From NCBI GenBank assembly GCA_964016885.1, contig OZ024741.1, forward strand, positions 87,978,001 through 88,042,000: a stretch of DNA of 64,000 nt. Direction: 5' to 3'. Shown in pieces: positions 27,588-41,020 of this stretch. The position numbers were made by a program, and so were the translations under genes. Positions within the stretch are counted from its first letter, which is position 1; the number at the start of each line of letters is the position of its first letter. The notes beneath the pieces were generated by a model. The model was not told the origin of the DNA. It did not search any database and saw only the letters and a list, made by a program, of their open reading frames with translations. Source of the DNA: Eledone cirrhosa (lineage: Eukaryota).

Positions 27588-28560
27588 CATCATCAATTTT
27601 CCGTCCGTTTTTCCACACTTGAATTGGCTGAACGGGTCCTTTTCAGCACAGCATCTCTCCACTTGTCACGTTCCTTCGTCATCTCAGTGGTTTGAGGTCA
27701 GCTCTCACAATTTCTGCTCATGTCTTCCTCTACTGCAGCTTTATTCCACTGGGATTTCCTGGCATTTCTTCACCCAGCAGTCATCGCTTCTACACATCAC
27801 CTCAGATTCTTCTTAAACCCAGCTTCTCTCTCACTCTTACATTGCACATCCGAAGGACTACCAGATAATGATTGAGGTTCTGTCAAAGGCCTTTTCTAGA
27901 TCAGTAAAAGCTAAATGTAGTGGCTAATTTTTGGCTAGCGGCTTCTTGTAGTTGCCTCACTAAGAAGAGGGTATCTTTTCCCAGGTATGAAACCAAACTG
28001 TATCTCATCTATTTTGACTTTTTCTTTAATTAGCTGTGTTATAACTCTATCATTTTTATAACTTGGTCCATTAGTTTTATTCCTCTGTAGTTGCTCCTTT
28101 CTAGAGCATCACATTTGCCCTAGTGGCAATTTATGATAGTACTGCTGCGCCAGTCATTGGATATAATCAATTTGGCTTGTATGTTCGCCTGATTGATATG
28201 AAATCAGATGATTAGCAGGTTTCCTGAAATTAGTGTCGCAAATGATTCATTTGCGTCACAGAATTCCATGAATCCTAGTCCTTACTTTATTCCTTGAGCT
28301 ATATATAACCATAGCTGCCATACACTCCACTGAATTCATCCTGATACTGTCCCACATGTCCATTGAAGTTGCTTGCCAAGATGCTCTCTTTCATCAGAAC
28401 CTATCCTTTTGTTCTTTACCCTGTCCTATCTGTGGTGCATAGTTAAATGTAATTATCACCAGTATATTTCCTACAGCTATTCTAAGCTTGATAATTCTGT
28501 CCCTTACTCTAACTACCTCTATAACCTTATCTATCCATTTCTCAGCTTGTAAGATGCCTA
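27588..28560 (-). mobile_element. Heavily deleted RTE LINE relic (endonuclease, RT and 3' tail pieces)
   Basis: 3' end resembles the 3601 copy; FTDLEKAFDR-like piece near 27885-27910; endonuclease remnants (NFNGHVG, YAPQ-like) at 28250-28520. Confidence 0.7.
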
Positions 28561-29080
28561 CACCTATTCCATCGTCATTTCATGAACTGTGTCTGTATTT
28601 AGCTAAACGACCCATTATATTGCTGATGCTCAAATTCTACAAATATATATCATCATCATCATCATTTTAACATCCACTTTACCTGCTGGCATGAGTTGGA
28701 TGGGTCTACATAGACCAAGTCAGTACCAAAGTGGTGGCTACTGATCTCCCAGACAGGCCAGGAATCATAGGGGCGGCTGTCATGTCTTTGACATGATTGA
28801 AGGATCTTCCCAACCTTTTGTTTGGCAAGCTTTCTATGGCTGTATGCCCTTATATATATATATGTGTGTGTATATATATATAATATATTCCATTCATGAA
28901 AAATAATGGAGATGGGGTATAAAGAAAACAATGTTTTACAAACTCTATAAGCATTCGTTGTCTCGGCAGACAATTACTTACATGTGTGCAAGCTTCTAGT
29001 TAAACATTCTTTGTCACTCTGCTCAGTATGTATACTCTTCCTTCAAACCTTGTTAATTCTTTCTCCCTTCCCTTCTCTAT

Positions 29081-30473
29081 CATCATCATCATCATCATCA
29101 CCGTTTTACGTCCGTTCTTCCACGCTAGCATGGGTTAGACGGGTTGTCCTGTTGTGGGCAGTGTCTGGTCGGCTGACCATGCCTTGCTCATACAGGAACT
29201 GATCTGGCTTGATTTCTACAGCTGGATGCCCTTCCTAACACCAACCTCATTTACAGTGAGTGCTGGGTGCTTTTTCGTGGCGCCTACACGTCCACTTTAC
29301 AGTGTGGGCTGGGTGCTTTTTTGCCGTGGCACCTCCACGACCACCTTGCGGTGGGGGGGGGGGGGGCATATTGTTTATATGCTTCAGCATGTACCCATGG
29401 GAGGTCGGGTACCCTGTATTACTGCGTGACGCCAGAAGTCACGGTCGTGTGTCATTGACTTTGAGAGGTGTAGTTGGGTAAGGTCGGCTTTTATCACCTC
29501 ATCCCAAGTCATCTTGGGTCTCCCCACTCCGCGGTTTCCATCAACTTCTAGTGCTCTGCACCTTTTTATGCAGCTGTCATCCTTCATACGCATCACATGT
29601 CCATACCAGCGTAACCGCCTCTCCTGCACGCAGCATTTGATTCCTCTTATGCTCAGTCTCTCTCTCAATTCATTTATGCTTTGTCGTTCACGTATATTAC
29701 TGTTACACATCCATCGGAGCATGCAGGCTTCGTTTCTCTCTAATCTACGTAAGTCTTCCACCTTCAGCGCCCAGGTCTCACTACCATGCAACATCGCTGT
29801 TCGGATACACGCATCATACAGTCTGCCTTTCATTCTGAGGGAGAAGCCTTTTGCAGCTAGCAGTGGTAGTAGTTCCCTAAACTTCTTCCATCCCGTTCTT
29901 ACCCTAGTTATTGTACTTTCTGAGCACCCACCTCCGTTGCTAATTCGGTCACCTAGGTAGCAGAAGCTGTCTACTGTTTCTACAGGGCCCTCCCAGAGAT
30001 TGGTGGTACTTGTTTCCTGTGGCTGTTTGCTTGCTGTTTCAGCACAGCTGCTGCATGTGAATCCTACGTTCTTAATTAAGCTTCCTGAGATCCCGCTACA
30101 TCTCTTGTGTACCCATTGTTTGCATTTGGGGCAAAGAATGGAGTTCCTACCTACACCTTTCCTACATACTGAGCAAGGCCATTTCCCTGAGGGGATCTGG
30201 GTTCTGTTTTCTCGTCTACTTATAAGGACCTTAGTCTTTGTCATGTTGACTTTGAGGCCCTTTCTCTCTAGTCCCTGCTTCCAGGTTTGGAATTTATTCT
30301 CTAGTTCTACCATAGATTCAGCTATGAGTGCGAGGTCATCAGCATACAGGAGTTCCCATGGGCATCCGGTCTTAAACTCCTCCGTTATTGCCTGCAGGAC
30401 TATGATGAACAGGAGAGGGCTAAGAACAGAGCCCTGGTGGACCCCAACCTGTACGCTAAATTCCTTGCTATAC
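29081..30473 (-). mobile_element. 5'-truncated young RTE-clade LINE with uninterrupted RT C-terminal ORF
   Basis: GVHQGSVLSPLLF, LLYADDL, GLKVNMTKTKV and YLG RT motifs; (ATG)n tail; TSD TCTCTAT at 29074-29080 and 30474-30480. Near-identical to 8391-9197. Confidence 0.95.
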
Positions 30474-31356
30474 TCTCTATATGATGTTAATTGTAATGAC
30501 TTCAGACCAACCAACTAACACATCAGATATTATATTGATATCAACCTTTAGATTCCAACCATGGCTACATTTCTAATTTTATATTTTCAAGATATACATA
30601 ACTGTTGTCCAATGTTGTATCTATCAAATGTTATGTATGCAACATTGTGGATATGTCAAGTATGATCAAAATTTCACTGTTGAATATTGAAGGGCAAAGT
30701 TTTTATTTATTTCTGCATTGTATACAAAGATACTCAAAAGTAGTTAGAGCATTTTGCACAACACAAAATTCAACCACAGTAGTTATATTGGTGGTGTAGG
30801 TCTACCTAGTGGAATAAGCAAGATGTCCAGTATGTTCCTATTAACTCCATCTGTGCACCATTACTGTGGCATGATATGACATTTGGCCCATTCACTCTCT
30901 ATTACTAATCTTACTGTATTTCTCTCACCATCACACATCTAGCCATGCCAATATTTGGTGCCCTGACCACCATGAATGATAACTGCCACTCGTTGTCAGC
31001 TATCCCTGTCCATTTTTCTATACAAGTTCTCTCCTTGTTTATTTACTTTGTGAAACTCAGTTTCTTGATCAACTTTAACTATTTCTGTCTAAGTCTTCCA
31101 CGGCTTCCTTCCACTTGGGACTCTTAGCGTTTCTTCCACCAATGATCATTATCCATATGCATTACATGCACTGCCTTTCCTGCATACTGGTGAATTGTGT
31201 CATGACACCAACACTAGAGGTTTTCATGTCTTTGACACAACTGAAACTTCTTGTCACTAACCACTTTACAGTGTATTTATATATATATGTTAATGAAATA
31301 TAGTAGTCAGAATATATATTTATTTTCACTCTTTTATCTGCAGGCGTGCCATCATA

Positions 31357-31477
31357 ATGGCTGTGAATGTATTCAGCACAAATGCTACAGTAGGTGACCT
31401 CAGCAGACATGACATACTTGCGTGGGTGAATTCAAGTTTGGATTTAAATTATACTAAAATTGAAGAATTGTGTACAG
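31357..31477 (+). CDS. MAPRE1: EB1/MAPRE (RP/EB family) coding exon 1, CH domain start; exon begins at 31344
   Basis: [40 protein letters not shown](G). Acceptor tctgcag ends at 31343; donor AG|GTATTT; 121 coding nt. Symbol used at family level, since orthology to vertebrate MAPRE1 vs 2 vs 3 is not resolved. Confidence 0.96.
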
Positions 31478-33012
31478 GTATTTCTCCTTTTACATTCTTT
31501 TCTTTTTTTTTCTTTTTTTTTTCACATCTTGGTGAGGGAAGATCAGCACTCCTGACCCGAATGCTTGCAGGTGAATAGACTCCTGAAGCAACCAAGGGCC
31601 AAGCAATGATGTTAAACTGGGTGGCAGTTTGTGTCTGCCTCACAAGAATTCAAAATTCAAAGCTGGGACAAATAGTGCAGGGCATCTCGTCTGACTATCT
31701 AACAATTCTGTGATGGGCTGGCACTTTATTTTATAATCACTTATTGTGTGTATGTGAAGGCTGAATGGTTAGAACATTTGGACCAAAATCGTAGGGCCAT
31801 AGTTTCTATTCCTGGCAGCACATCTTTGATCAAGTCATTTTATTTCACATTGTTCTAGTCCATTCAGCTGAACAAAATGAATTGTGCCCGTAATTCAAAG
31901 GGCCAGACATCACACGCACACACATTTGCAATACAAGTTTCTCCCAGTGGCTGGTCACAACTGCACTAGAGACTTGTATTGTAAGTAACTGCCATTTATT
32001 GATATAAAAATAATTTATTTCTGCTATATGCATAAAGGTCTGGATCAGATAATAGCAACTCGTATAACATATACCAGTATTTGTTTTACATCTACTACAT
32101 TGATGTGTGTGTGTGTGGTCATCATCATTTAACGTGTTTTCTTTGCTAGCAAAGGTTGGATGTTGTCACAGTCTGGTCAGGATCTGGTGCTACACTAAGT
32201 GCATCTGATCATGGTACCAACACTACGGAAGTTGTCATTATCTTTGACATAGATGAAGAATCCTCCCAACCTTTTGCTTGACAGAGTTTCTGCATCTAGG
32301 TGCATTTATCATGTAAATCACCAGCAGTAGAGATTCTTATGTCTAACACAGCTGAAGAGTCCTCCCAGCTCTTTGTTTGGCAAGTTGTCTATGGCTAGAT
32401 GCCATTCCTATCACCAACCACTTTACAGAGAATACTGTCTGCATGTGTGTCTTTATAAATTTCAAAAATGTAATGTCCTTAGTAGACTGGTGTTCAAAAG
32501 AATTCAAGTCATGACCATGCTGTCATTTTTAAAATGGTATTGTGTGATTTGCAAGGGATTTGGTTGCTGTTTCTAATTGATCAAATGATATTAGTATGAT
32601 TGTTGATAGGCTTATCAATAAAGTGGCACAAGGGTTAAAAAGGATTGACTGGCTAGACCATATCTTTGATCAGAACTATTCCTGCATTTGTAAGGTAGTA
32701 TTTCCTGCTATTCGTTGTATAGTTGTTACTTATGTTGACTGGCTGTAATCCCCTATTTTACAGGCTCCCATCTCATAAGGGCAACGGAAAATGGGTGTTT
32801 AAACCCATTATTGCATTCTCCTCATATTTTGCATGATAGACTGTTCACTGATATGGTTGTGGGATTAAGAGGTTCACCCCACAAAATTAGCTCTAAGTTC
32901 AATTTTACACTTTGGTATCTTGAGCAATTACTTTTACCACAACATCTGGCTTAAGTTTTGTTGGTGAAAACAAACAGTACAGAATGCTGTCATGTATATC
33001 AGTGTGTGTATG

Positions 33013-33044
<32 letters not shown>

Positions 33045-35201
33045 ATGTACATATGTAGTGTTTATATAGTGTATAGAACAAGAATAACTTGTATTCATTT
33101 TTGATCTGGTTGCCTTTTCTAACATGATCAATAAAATGCATACTGGAGATAGGGATTAGTATATTCTTCCAAAGAAAGCCCCTTAACCTTTTAGTTACCA
33201 TATTTCTAGTGGAAGACTGATTATGATTTTCAAATAATCTTGAAAATAGAGAATTTGGAGGGATTTACTAATATAACTAACTGGTGTTTAGAAAATAACA
33301 AAGTTCTCACATAAAATATGAAAGATTTTTAGATAAATATAGATACTATAAAATATACAGTTTAGTATCATAGATAGAACCTAGGGTGGTTTGGTATGAA
33401 AAGTGTTGAAGGTGGTGTCTTAGCGTAGCTACAGTCTAGTGAAGTAATAAAGGAATTAAATTATTTTCTGAGGAATTAAACCTAGCAATATATTATAGAA
33501 TTTATTTCCTCACACTTTTCTGCCAAATTCTAGCTACTCTGTGCCAGTCATTTTCTGAAATGATCATTAATTCTTCCATTAGCTTATTTCTAATTATCAA
33601 ATAATTTTGAAAATAACCAAGAATTTTGAGGGATTTAGTAATATAACTTTAAGGTTCTTACACAAAATTATGATTGTTTTGGGTTTTTTTTAGATAAATA
33701 TAAATACTTTACAGTTTTATAACATAGAACCATAGGTGGTTTGGCATCAAATGGGTTAACTGAAAAATTAGCAGAGAGTTGACAATTTGGCATTCTGTAT
33801 TTATTTTATTTGTGATACTTCCACATAGTGCAGCTGTGTATAGAGTAAGAATAGCTAATTTATGGTTTGTGCTGGTATGCTTTTTTAAATCCTTTTAAAC
33901 ACTGTTATATTTATTTAATCTCTTATATATTTTTACATAATGGGGCACTTGCTTTCCTCTGAATAATATGTGTGTTACGGTCAATTGTTATCACTATTTG
34001 TTGAGTTACTAGTTTTTAAAATTCTTAAAACTATTCCATTTAATTATCAGTTAGGGATATACTTCTTTTAAAGAAAATTATAAAATATGTAATTCTTTCT
34101 AACATTGGCACATGGTCAGCGTTGGTGGGTGGGAACAGCTGATTGAATCAACTCCAGTACTTAACTGGTACTTTATTTTATCAACCCCAAAAGGATGATT
34201 CACAAAGTTGACGACGGCAGAATTTTAACTCGGAACATAGAAGAATGTAACTAAGTACCGCAATGCATTTTGTTTGACGTTCTTCCAATACTGCCAATCC
34301 ACAGCCTACTGTATAATCTAAACTATAATAAAGGAAGGTCTGCAGGATTGCATATGGTTTATTTATTTTTATTCCGTTTGTAAAATAAGTTGGATTATTT
34401 TGAATAAATAATTGTTTCTACTTTTGGCACAAGACCAGCAATTACCCAGTGCATTACTGGTACTTTATTTTATCGACCCCGTAAGAATGAAAGGCAAAAT
34501 CAATCTAGGCGGGATTTGAACTCAGATCATTAAGGGACGTAACTATTCTGGAAACCATGGCGTCCGACCCTCTACCGATACTGCCAATCCACTGCGAATG
34601 AATATTACATTATTTATCTACTCAATTTCGTAAAAATAAATAATTTAAAATTGACTTCTTTTCAAAGTTGCACTTCCGGTATATCGTCACCACCACCACC
34701 ACTTCAACTACCATATATATAGAAAGAGAGGGTGTGTGATGTCAACACTTCTGGTGGCGATCGCTTAAATAAACATACTAATTTTTTCCTAATGCAGTTT
34801 ATATGTAATATCGTCTTTTTTAATGTATCATGGATTACGTTACTGATTACATAAGACAGTCCTCGTTCAATTTCTGTGTATATTGTCAATTACAATTTTA
34901 TTTGATGTATCATATCTACATGTATATATACCTGCGTATAATATCAATATACACACTACACATGCTAGCAGAAAACCACCTGAAGGGTTGTTTTTCTGCT
35001 AGTACTAATATAATAATTGTTTCTACTTTTGGCACAAGGCCAGCAAATACCCAGTGTATTACTGGTACTTTATTTTATCGACCCCATAATGATGAAAGGC
35101 AAATTAACCTCGGCAAGGGCCGTAACTCTATGCGTCAAAGCATGGCGCCCGACCCTCTACCGATACTGCCAATCCACCTATTATAGTACTAATATAATAA
35201 T

Positions 35202-35386
35202 TTCTACTTTTGGCACAAGGCCAGCAATTACCCAGTGCATTACTGGTACTTTTTTTTATCGACCCCGTAAGGATGAAAGGCAAAGTAAACCTTGGTGGGA
35301 TTTGAACTCAGAGTGGCAAGGACCGTAACTCTATGCGTCAAAGCCTGGCGTCCGACCCTCTACCGATACTGCCAATCCACCGCCAA
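35202..35386 (-). mobile_element. Young tRNA-derived SINE (close copies 34411-34596, 35018-35183, ~13055-13235, ~25650-25746; older relatives ~3410-3592, 4840-5075, 6105-6255, 7890-8025, 34095-34305)
   Basis: Minus strand has A-box TGGCAGTATCGG, B-box GAGTTCAAATCCC, then a conserved GCCTTTCATCC...GGGGTCGATAAAA..GTACCAG body and an AT-rich tail. Confidence 0.85.
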
Positions 35387-35959
35387 TAGTATTAATATAA
35401 TAATGAATGTTATTTCTGATAGGCCTAGCAGAAACCAACTGGGATTTTTTTTTTATCAGACTAAGTAGGGCAACAGCTTTAGCTTTTTTGGGGGGCTCTG
35501 GAGTTGGTAGTTGAGAGGGGAAAATTTATCCTGAGTTCTGTGACCTCGTCTGAATGCTTGCAATAATATGAACTCTGCTAAAGGCTCCAAATCATAAAGC
35601 AGTTGATGTTTTAAGTGTTCTCCTTAGGAACTAGATCAGTTATTCCAATGGATTTTCACAAGGCTTGGCCTACCAACATTTGGTAGAATAGAGATATTTT
35701 TTATATGAAAAAGTATGCATGTAAAATTACCATGTTTTTCTTGGAAGACTAAATTTCTCATTAAGTTGGTGTTTGGAACATAACTTAACAAAGGTTATTA
35801 CATAAAATTATGATGCCAAGTTTTTAGATGAACATTTTAGAATTTTATTGTGAAATATAGGTTGCCTTTCATTGAATATGAAGGTAGATATATATGAAAT
35901 ATCTTTAGTTGACATTTTTTATTCGTTTTTCTTAAGATGTTCTTTTTTTTTTCCTTCAG

Positions 35960-35998
35960 GTGCAGCCTATGCTCAGTTCATTGATATTCTATTTCCCG
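35960..35998 (+). CDS. MAPRE1: EB1/MAPRE coding exon 2 (39 nt)
   Basis: (G)AAYAQFIDILFP(G), compare the conserved GAAYCQFMDMLFPG. ttccttcag acceptor, GTAAGT donor, phase 1-1. Confidence 0.94.
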
Positions 35999-36152
35999 GT
36001 AAGTTGTCTATGTGTGTATCTGTACATTTCTCAAGTCATCGTCATCATCATCATTTAACATCCACATTCCCTGCTACCAAGGATTGATGTAAATAAATGG
36101 AGTAATGGGACAATAACATCATAGTCTAATCATTCAGCTGCCTTTATAAAAG

Positions 36153-36405
36153 TAACCTTTTCTTTACCATATTTCTACTGAAAGAAATTGACTATAATCT
36201 TCGAGCAATTGTAAAAATATTGAAGAATTTGGGGGGAATTAGTAATATATATCTTTCTCATTATTAAGCTGGTGTTTGGAACATTAATGTTCTTACATAA
36301 AATTAGGATGGAAGCTTTTTAAATAAATGTAAACGCTTTAAAACAACCAGTTTTGTATCCTAGAACTATGAGCAGCTTCAGGCAGTTTGGTATCAAAAGG
36401 GTTAA
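36153..36405. mobile_element. piggyBac-like MITE family B (~250 bp; other copies ~2520-2750, 10950-11144, 33183-33410, 33590-33760, 46330-46537, 56150-56405, 63240-63450)
   Basis: Ends (t)taaccttt...tacc / ggtatcaaaagggttaa; shared internal sequence among copies. Confidence 0.68.
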
Positions 36406-36639
36406 GAGGCAAACTGCTGTTTACATATGTCAATACATGACAAATGTTACTGTGTTTGGATGTTAATTCTAAACACAGTTGCCTATCCTTCTCAATAGAA
36501 GACACTTGACAATCCTATTAAGATAACTACATTTATAAATATATACTATATACTTGTTTTGCTTTGTCTCTGCAACATTAAAGCTCTGGCTGCCACTAAG
36601 TTTTGTTTATTTTCTATGCTTGATGGGTTACCAGCTAAC

Positions 36640-37000
36640 TCATTTCAGCTGCTACAGTCAACGTGAGCACACCGAAAGGTTGATTAGGGGAAATTGAGGA
36701 GTTGTTTGAGAGGCAATGAGTGAATGCATGCTGTGTTCAGGAGATGAGATGGAGAGGCACCTCTACAAGACTTCGCACAGGAAAGCAATGTTGATCCAAG
36801 CTCTTCTGAGTAGGTAATGACACTGGTTGGGTGGAGGAGGCATTCTACTAGCTGAGAAATGGGTAGATAAGGTAATTAAAGTAGTTAAAGTGACGGAATT
36901 ATCAAACTTAGAATAGTTATAGGCAATAGAATGACAATTATCTCTAACTATGCACCCCAAGCAGGACTAAGGAATAAAATGGCTGCTTTTATGAACAACT
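36640..37000 (+). mobile_element. RTE LINE AP-endonuclease N-terminal relic
   Basis: Translates to ATVNVST...CCVQEMRW-like APE motifs, with stops. Confidence 0.65.
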
Positions 37001-37879
37001 TTTACAGACAACCTCAGTTACTGATGAGACCTTATCAAGGCTGCCAAAACTTTTTTCTCGATAGTACCAAAATATACAAAAACATACCAAATTCATTTAC
37101 ATCAATATGAAACCCCATAAATGTTAAAAAATGAAAATTTTTTACATTTGTTCTATATCATCATTGTCGTTTAACGTCCACTTTCCACACAAGCATTTTA
37201 ATTAAAAAGAAACGTCTTCCACACTTTTCTTGCAGTTTGAGGCAGTTGTTGTTGTGGATGCCACTTAGTGCTGTCAACATTTTGCAGTAGAGACTTTGAT
37301 CTTAGCAGGGCATTTAATGTTGATGTTTTAAAGCATTGTGATATTTTTTTATTTACTTTTTTTTGTCATTGAGAATAGAAAACCTTCTTCTGCAGCTGCT
37401 GAAGAATGTGGCAGTGAAAGAAGTTGTATCATGAATTTAGTAACGGGTAGCGATATATGTCATGACAGTTTTTTTGTGAAACAAGATACCAATATTCTCA
37501 GGCTCACTTTGTGCATTTAGATATGTATCTTGTAAAGTCACTTCCTTCTGTTCTCTATTTGTTCATATTGATCTTCATGGTTGGAAAATTTCATTGCCAA
37601 TTGTATGACTGATTTTGATTTACCTTACATAATATTGGGTTGGTCTAAAGCTTCAAGTAGCTCTAAATTTGTAAACATATTGCATCATTTGTTTGGAAAG
37701 GCACACATAGAAACTCAATATTTTTACTCAAAATTCTTGTAACTCTTTTGGGGAAAATTTTTTAGCAAAATACTTTCTGCTGTGGCACCATAATAGATGT
37801 CTTCTATTTTTAGGTATGTAGAAGGGTTATTCATATTTGTTTCAGTAACTATGTCTTATGTATATATATATATACATAT

Positions 37880-38389
37880 AGAAAAACCTGGGACGAGCTG
37901 ATAAACTCCGACCTCACACACTTACACCTCTCCAAGACAATGTCACTGGACCGAGACCTTTGGCGGTACTCAGTAACAGAGAAGACCCGCCTTACCTAAA
38001 TACATAGTAAAACCTACTACAGCCAGTAGGCATCTCTAACAAAATACACCCCGTCCCACCACCCCAACCCCCACCCCATCCACACCACCCCGTTCTATGT
38101 AAAGTTATGTTGGTGCCGCGCCATCCAGGCCGAAACAAATGAGATCGTGTAGGTGTCACGACAAAAAAACACACAGTCCACGCTGTAATGTGGCCGTGTA
38201 GGCAACACGGTAAAAACCTCCCAGGCCCACACTGTAAATGTGGTTGGTGTTAGGAAGGGCATCCAACTGTAGAAAACCTGCCAGACAGTCCTATGCGAGC
38301 AAGATAATCACTCTTGCCTCAAGTGGGACTACCCCCGTCCAAACCCATGCAAGCGTGGAACACGGACGTTAAACGTTGATGATGATGAT
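37880..38389 (+). mobile_element. 3' end of an RTE LINE (long-3'-UTR subfamily)
   Basis: RKTWDELI...DLTHLHLSK ORF end, C-rich tract, GGAAGGGCATCC module, (TGA)n tail. Confidence 0.85.
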
Positions 38390-39889
38390 AACTCTTTTGG
38401 TGAAGTTACTGAGAATAGCTTTCATTCCGATGTTAATGGAGTTTCATAACTTGTGGATTCTGTGTTTCTGCCTCAAACTCCAAATTTAGCTTATCAATGT
38501 CTGGTAAAATATAAGCAAAGAAAGCAAAATATTTTTGTCGTGGAGCTTTGTAACTCCCTTAATATTTTGGAAGTCATCATGAGAATACCATCTCCCATTG
38601 TGAAATATGACAAAAGTGTTGCCCACTGCTCTAAAATTCTTTGTACAACTTGTTTCAAAGAAAATCATCTCGTGCAGCTAATATGAAGAATTTTGTGAGG
38701 ACTGATATTTAGCTAGGCACTTAGGACTGTTGCTCAGGTACAAAAAAATATTTCTTGTTAACTCTTCCAAATATGGTGATTCATTGCAGGCTTTAGATAT
38801 AATAAGGGTTTTTCTGCTTCAACATATGTTGAACTTGTTGAACTCCTCCTTTGCTTCCCATCATAACACTGGTAATTAAAATTAAGTTATTAAGAGATAT
38901 TATTTTCAATGAAAATAGTTGTTTGTTGGTAGAGTTGTCCACTGTTTCAATAAGTGAGAACACTGAATTTAGCTTAGACAATAAATCATTGAAAGCAGGG
39001 GGACTAATCACATTTGAAAAAATGCAAGTTCCTTTAGTTCTTGAGCACTTGATGTCTTTGGGGATTTTTTTTTTTTTTTTTTGTAATCAGAGCATACGTT
39101 GGCAATAAGGCCAGACAAATGATTCAAACTAGCAATGGGTAGGTTGTGCTCAGCAACAAATCAGCACAATTTCAGCTCAGCCAATGCTATTTTCATTAAG
39201 TGAGCAGAACATTGGGCAAGTTTTATGAAATCTGTCCCCATCACTGTTTGTTTTGCTACTTTCGCATTCTTTTGGTGTTTTTTGTCTCTTCATGCCTTAC
39301 TATTTGACTTAAGCTACAAGCCATCTCACAATTGCACAATTTACAGTAGCCTTTAATTGCATTATTTTTATTCAATTCATATTCTTTCCACTCATGATGG
39401 GTTCAAAATGTTTCTAAAAAAAGCAAAACAGTTCAGATATTGAAAGATGGCACCGCTGAAGCACGCACACAACAACTTAAACTTCCAAGAATTGGTCTTT
39501 ATCTATATGCAGATGTCCTTGCATATTGTCAGCAGAATCTATTCAAGTAAAACGTCCACTGATCGATTCTGAGTGAATAATGTTATTATTGGCTACCAGG
39601 ATAATACAGAAGATGGTTGGCTACCTATTTGAAATGTTATGCAGAATATTTATTGATGTCAAGTGAAATCTGATGGGTAAATACATTTAGTGGATAGCTT
39701 CTCGATATAAAAGTCATAGCTGGTGAATGGTAAATCTTTAAATGCTGATTTTAGAATATCAAGGGAAATTCGCAGAGTGAGTACAATCTCTAAAACACAC
39801 CAAAACCTTTGGACGTGATACAGAAAAGTCAAATTAAGGACAAATATCAAATTTGTATGGACGTACCAACTTCAGCAGTGCTTCTCATC

Positions 39890-41020
39890 ATCCTAACAGG
39901 TGACTTCAATGAACATATTGGACAGCTTAAGGGTGGCTACACCAGTGTACACTGGCTATGCTCAAGAAATGAAGAGGGAATGAGGCTCCTGGAATTCTGT
40001 GATGTTAATGATTTAACCATTTGCAACATTAACTTCAGGAAACTGACCAGCCACCTGATCACCTGCCAGTCAGGTGAACATGTGAGCCAGATTGACTTTG
40101 TACTTGTTAGAAAATGAAATAAACAGATGGTTTGAAATATTAAAACCTTCCATTAGTTATTAGCTACATCAAAATAAGCTTAAGACAAATTCAGTTGTTA
40201 GCCCATTTCTGTTTATCATAGTCATCAAGGCCATAAAAGAGTGGTTGCCCATTGGAAATTCTGTATGCCGATGTTCTGGTCCTCATAGCTGAATCTGGAA
40301 GAACTAGAAAATAAACTCTGGCTGTGGAAACAGAACTTAAAATCAAAAGGGCTGATGGTAAACTTAACCAAAACCAAATTGTTAAGTAGGCATAAAATCT
40401 GTACGATGTACACAATGCAAATCTTGGGTACACAAGAGGTCTAGTGGGATAACAGGTAGATTAAGAAGGAAGGAAGGAAGACTTTGTATGTAAATATTCA
40501 AGGTCAATTGATAGTAAAAATGCCCCTGGAAGCATCCATAGATTCTGCAACCTAGGTAATATAATTAGCAGTGGAGGAGGGTGCTCCGAGAACATAGTAG
40601 CTTAGAATAAGAACATAGTGGAAGAAGTTTAGGGAACTGCTACCTCTGTTGACTACAAACGCATGATGCCTGTGTGCAAAAAGCAATGCTGCATGGTAGT
40701 GAGATATGATCAGTGAATGCAGAGGACATGTGAAGGCTGAAGAGAAATGAGGCAAGCATGCTTAGATGGATGTGCAATGTTAATGTTTGAGAACAATAAA
40801 GCATGGATGAACTGAGAGAAAAACTGGGTATAAGAGGAATCAAATGTAGTGTGCAGGAGAGGAAACTGTTGGTATGGATGATGAACGCTTGATTGAAGTT
40901 CTAAATAATCTCAATAGAAAGAAGACCTGGATGGATATGGTGAGAAATAATCACAAATCACTGAAGCTCACAAGTGCTGAATATTGAGAAGGGCCCATCC
41001 AACCCACACAAGCTTGGAAT
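39890..41020 (+). mobile_element. Degenerate, internally deleted RTE LINE
   Basis: GDFNEHIG, RNEEGMRLLEFC and SQIDFVL (APE), followed by RT and C-terminal remnants. Confidence 0.82.

Noticed and set aside
29384-30514. 376-aa ORF as a domesticated RT-PHD host gene
   Set aside because: The first ~13 codons lie outside the TSD-defined LINE boundary (30473) and begin at a non-ATG codon. It is a 5'-truncated insertion that is in frame with its flank by chance.
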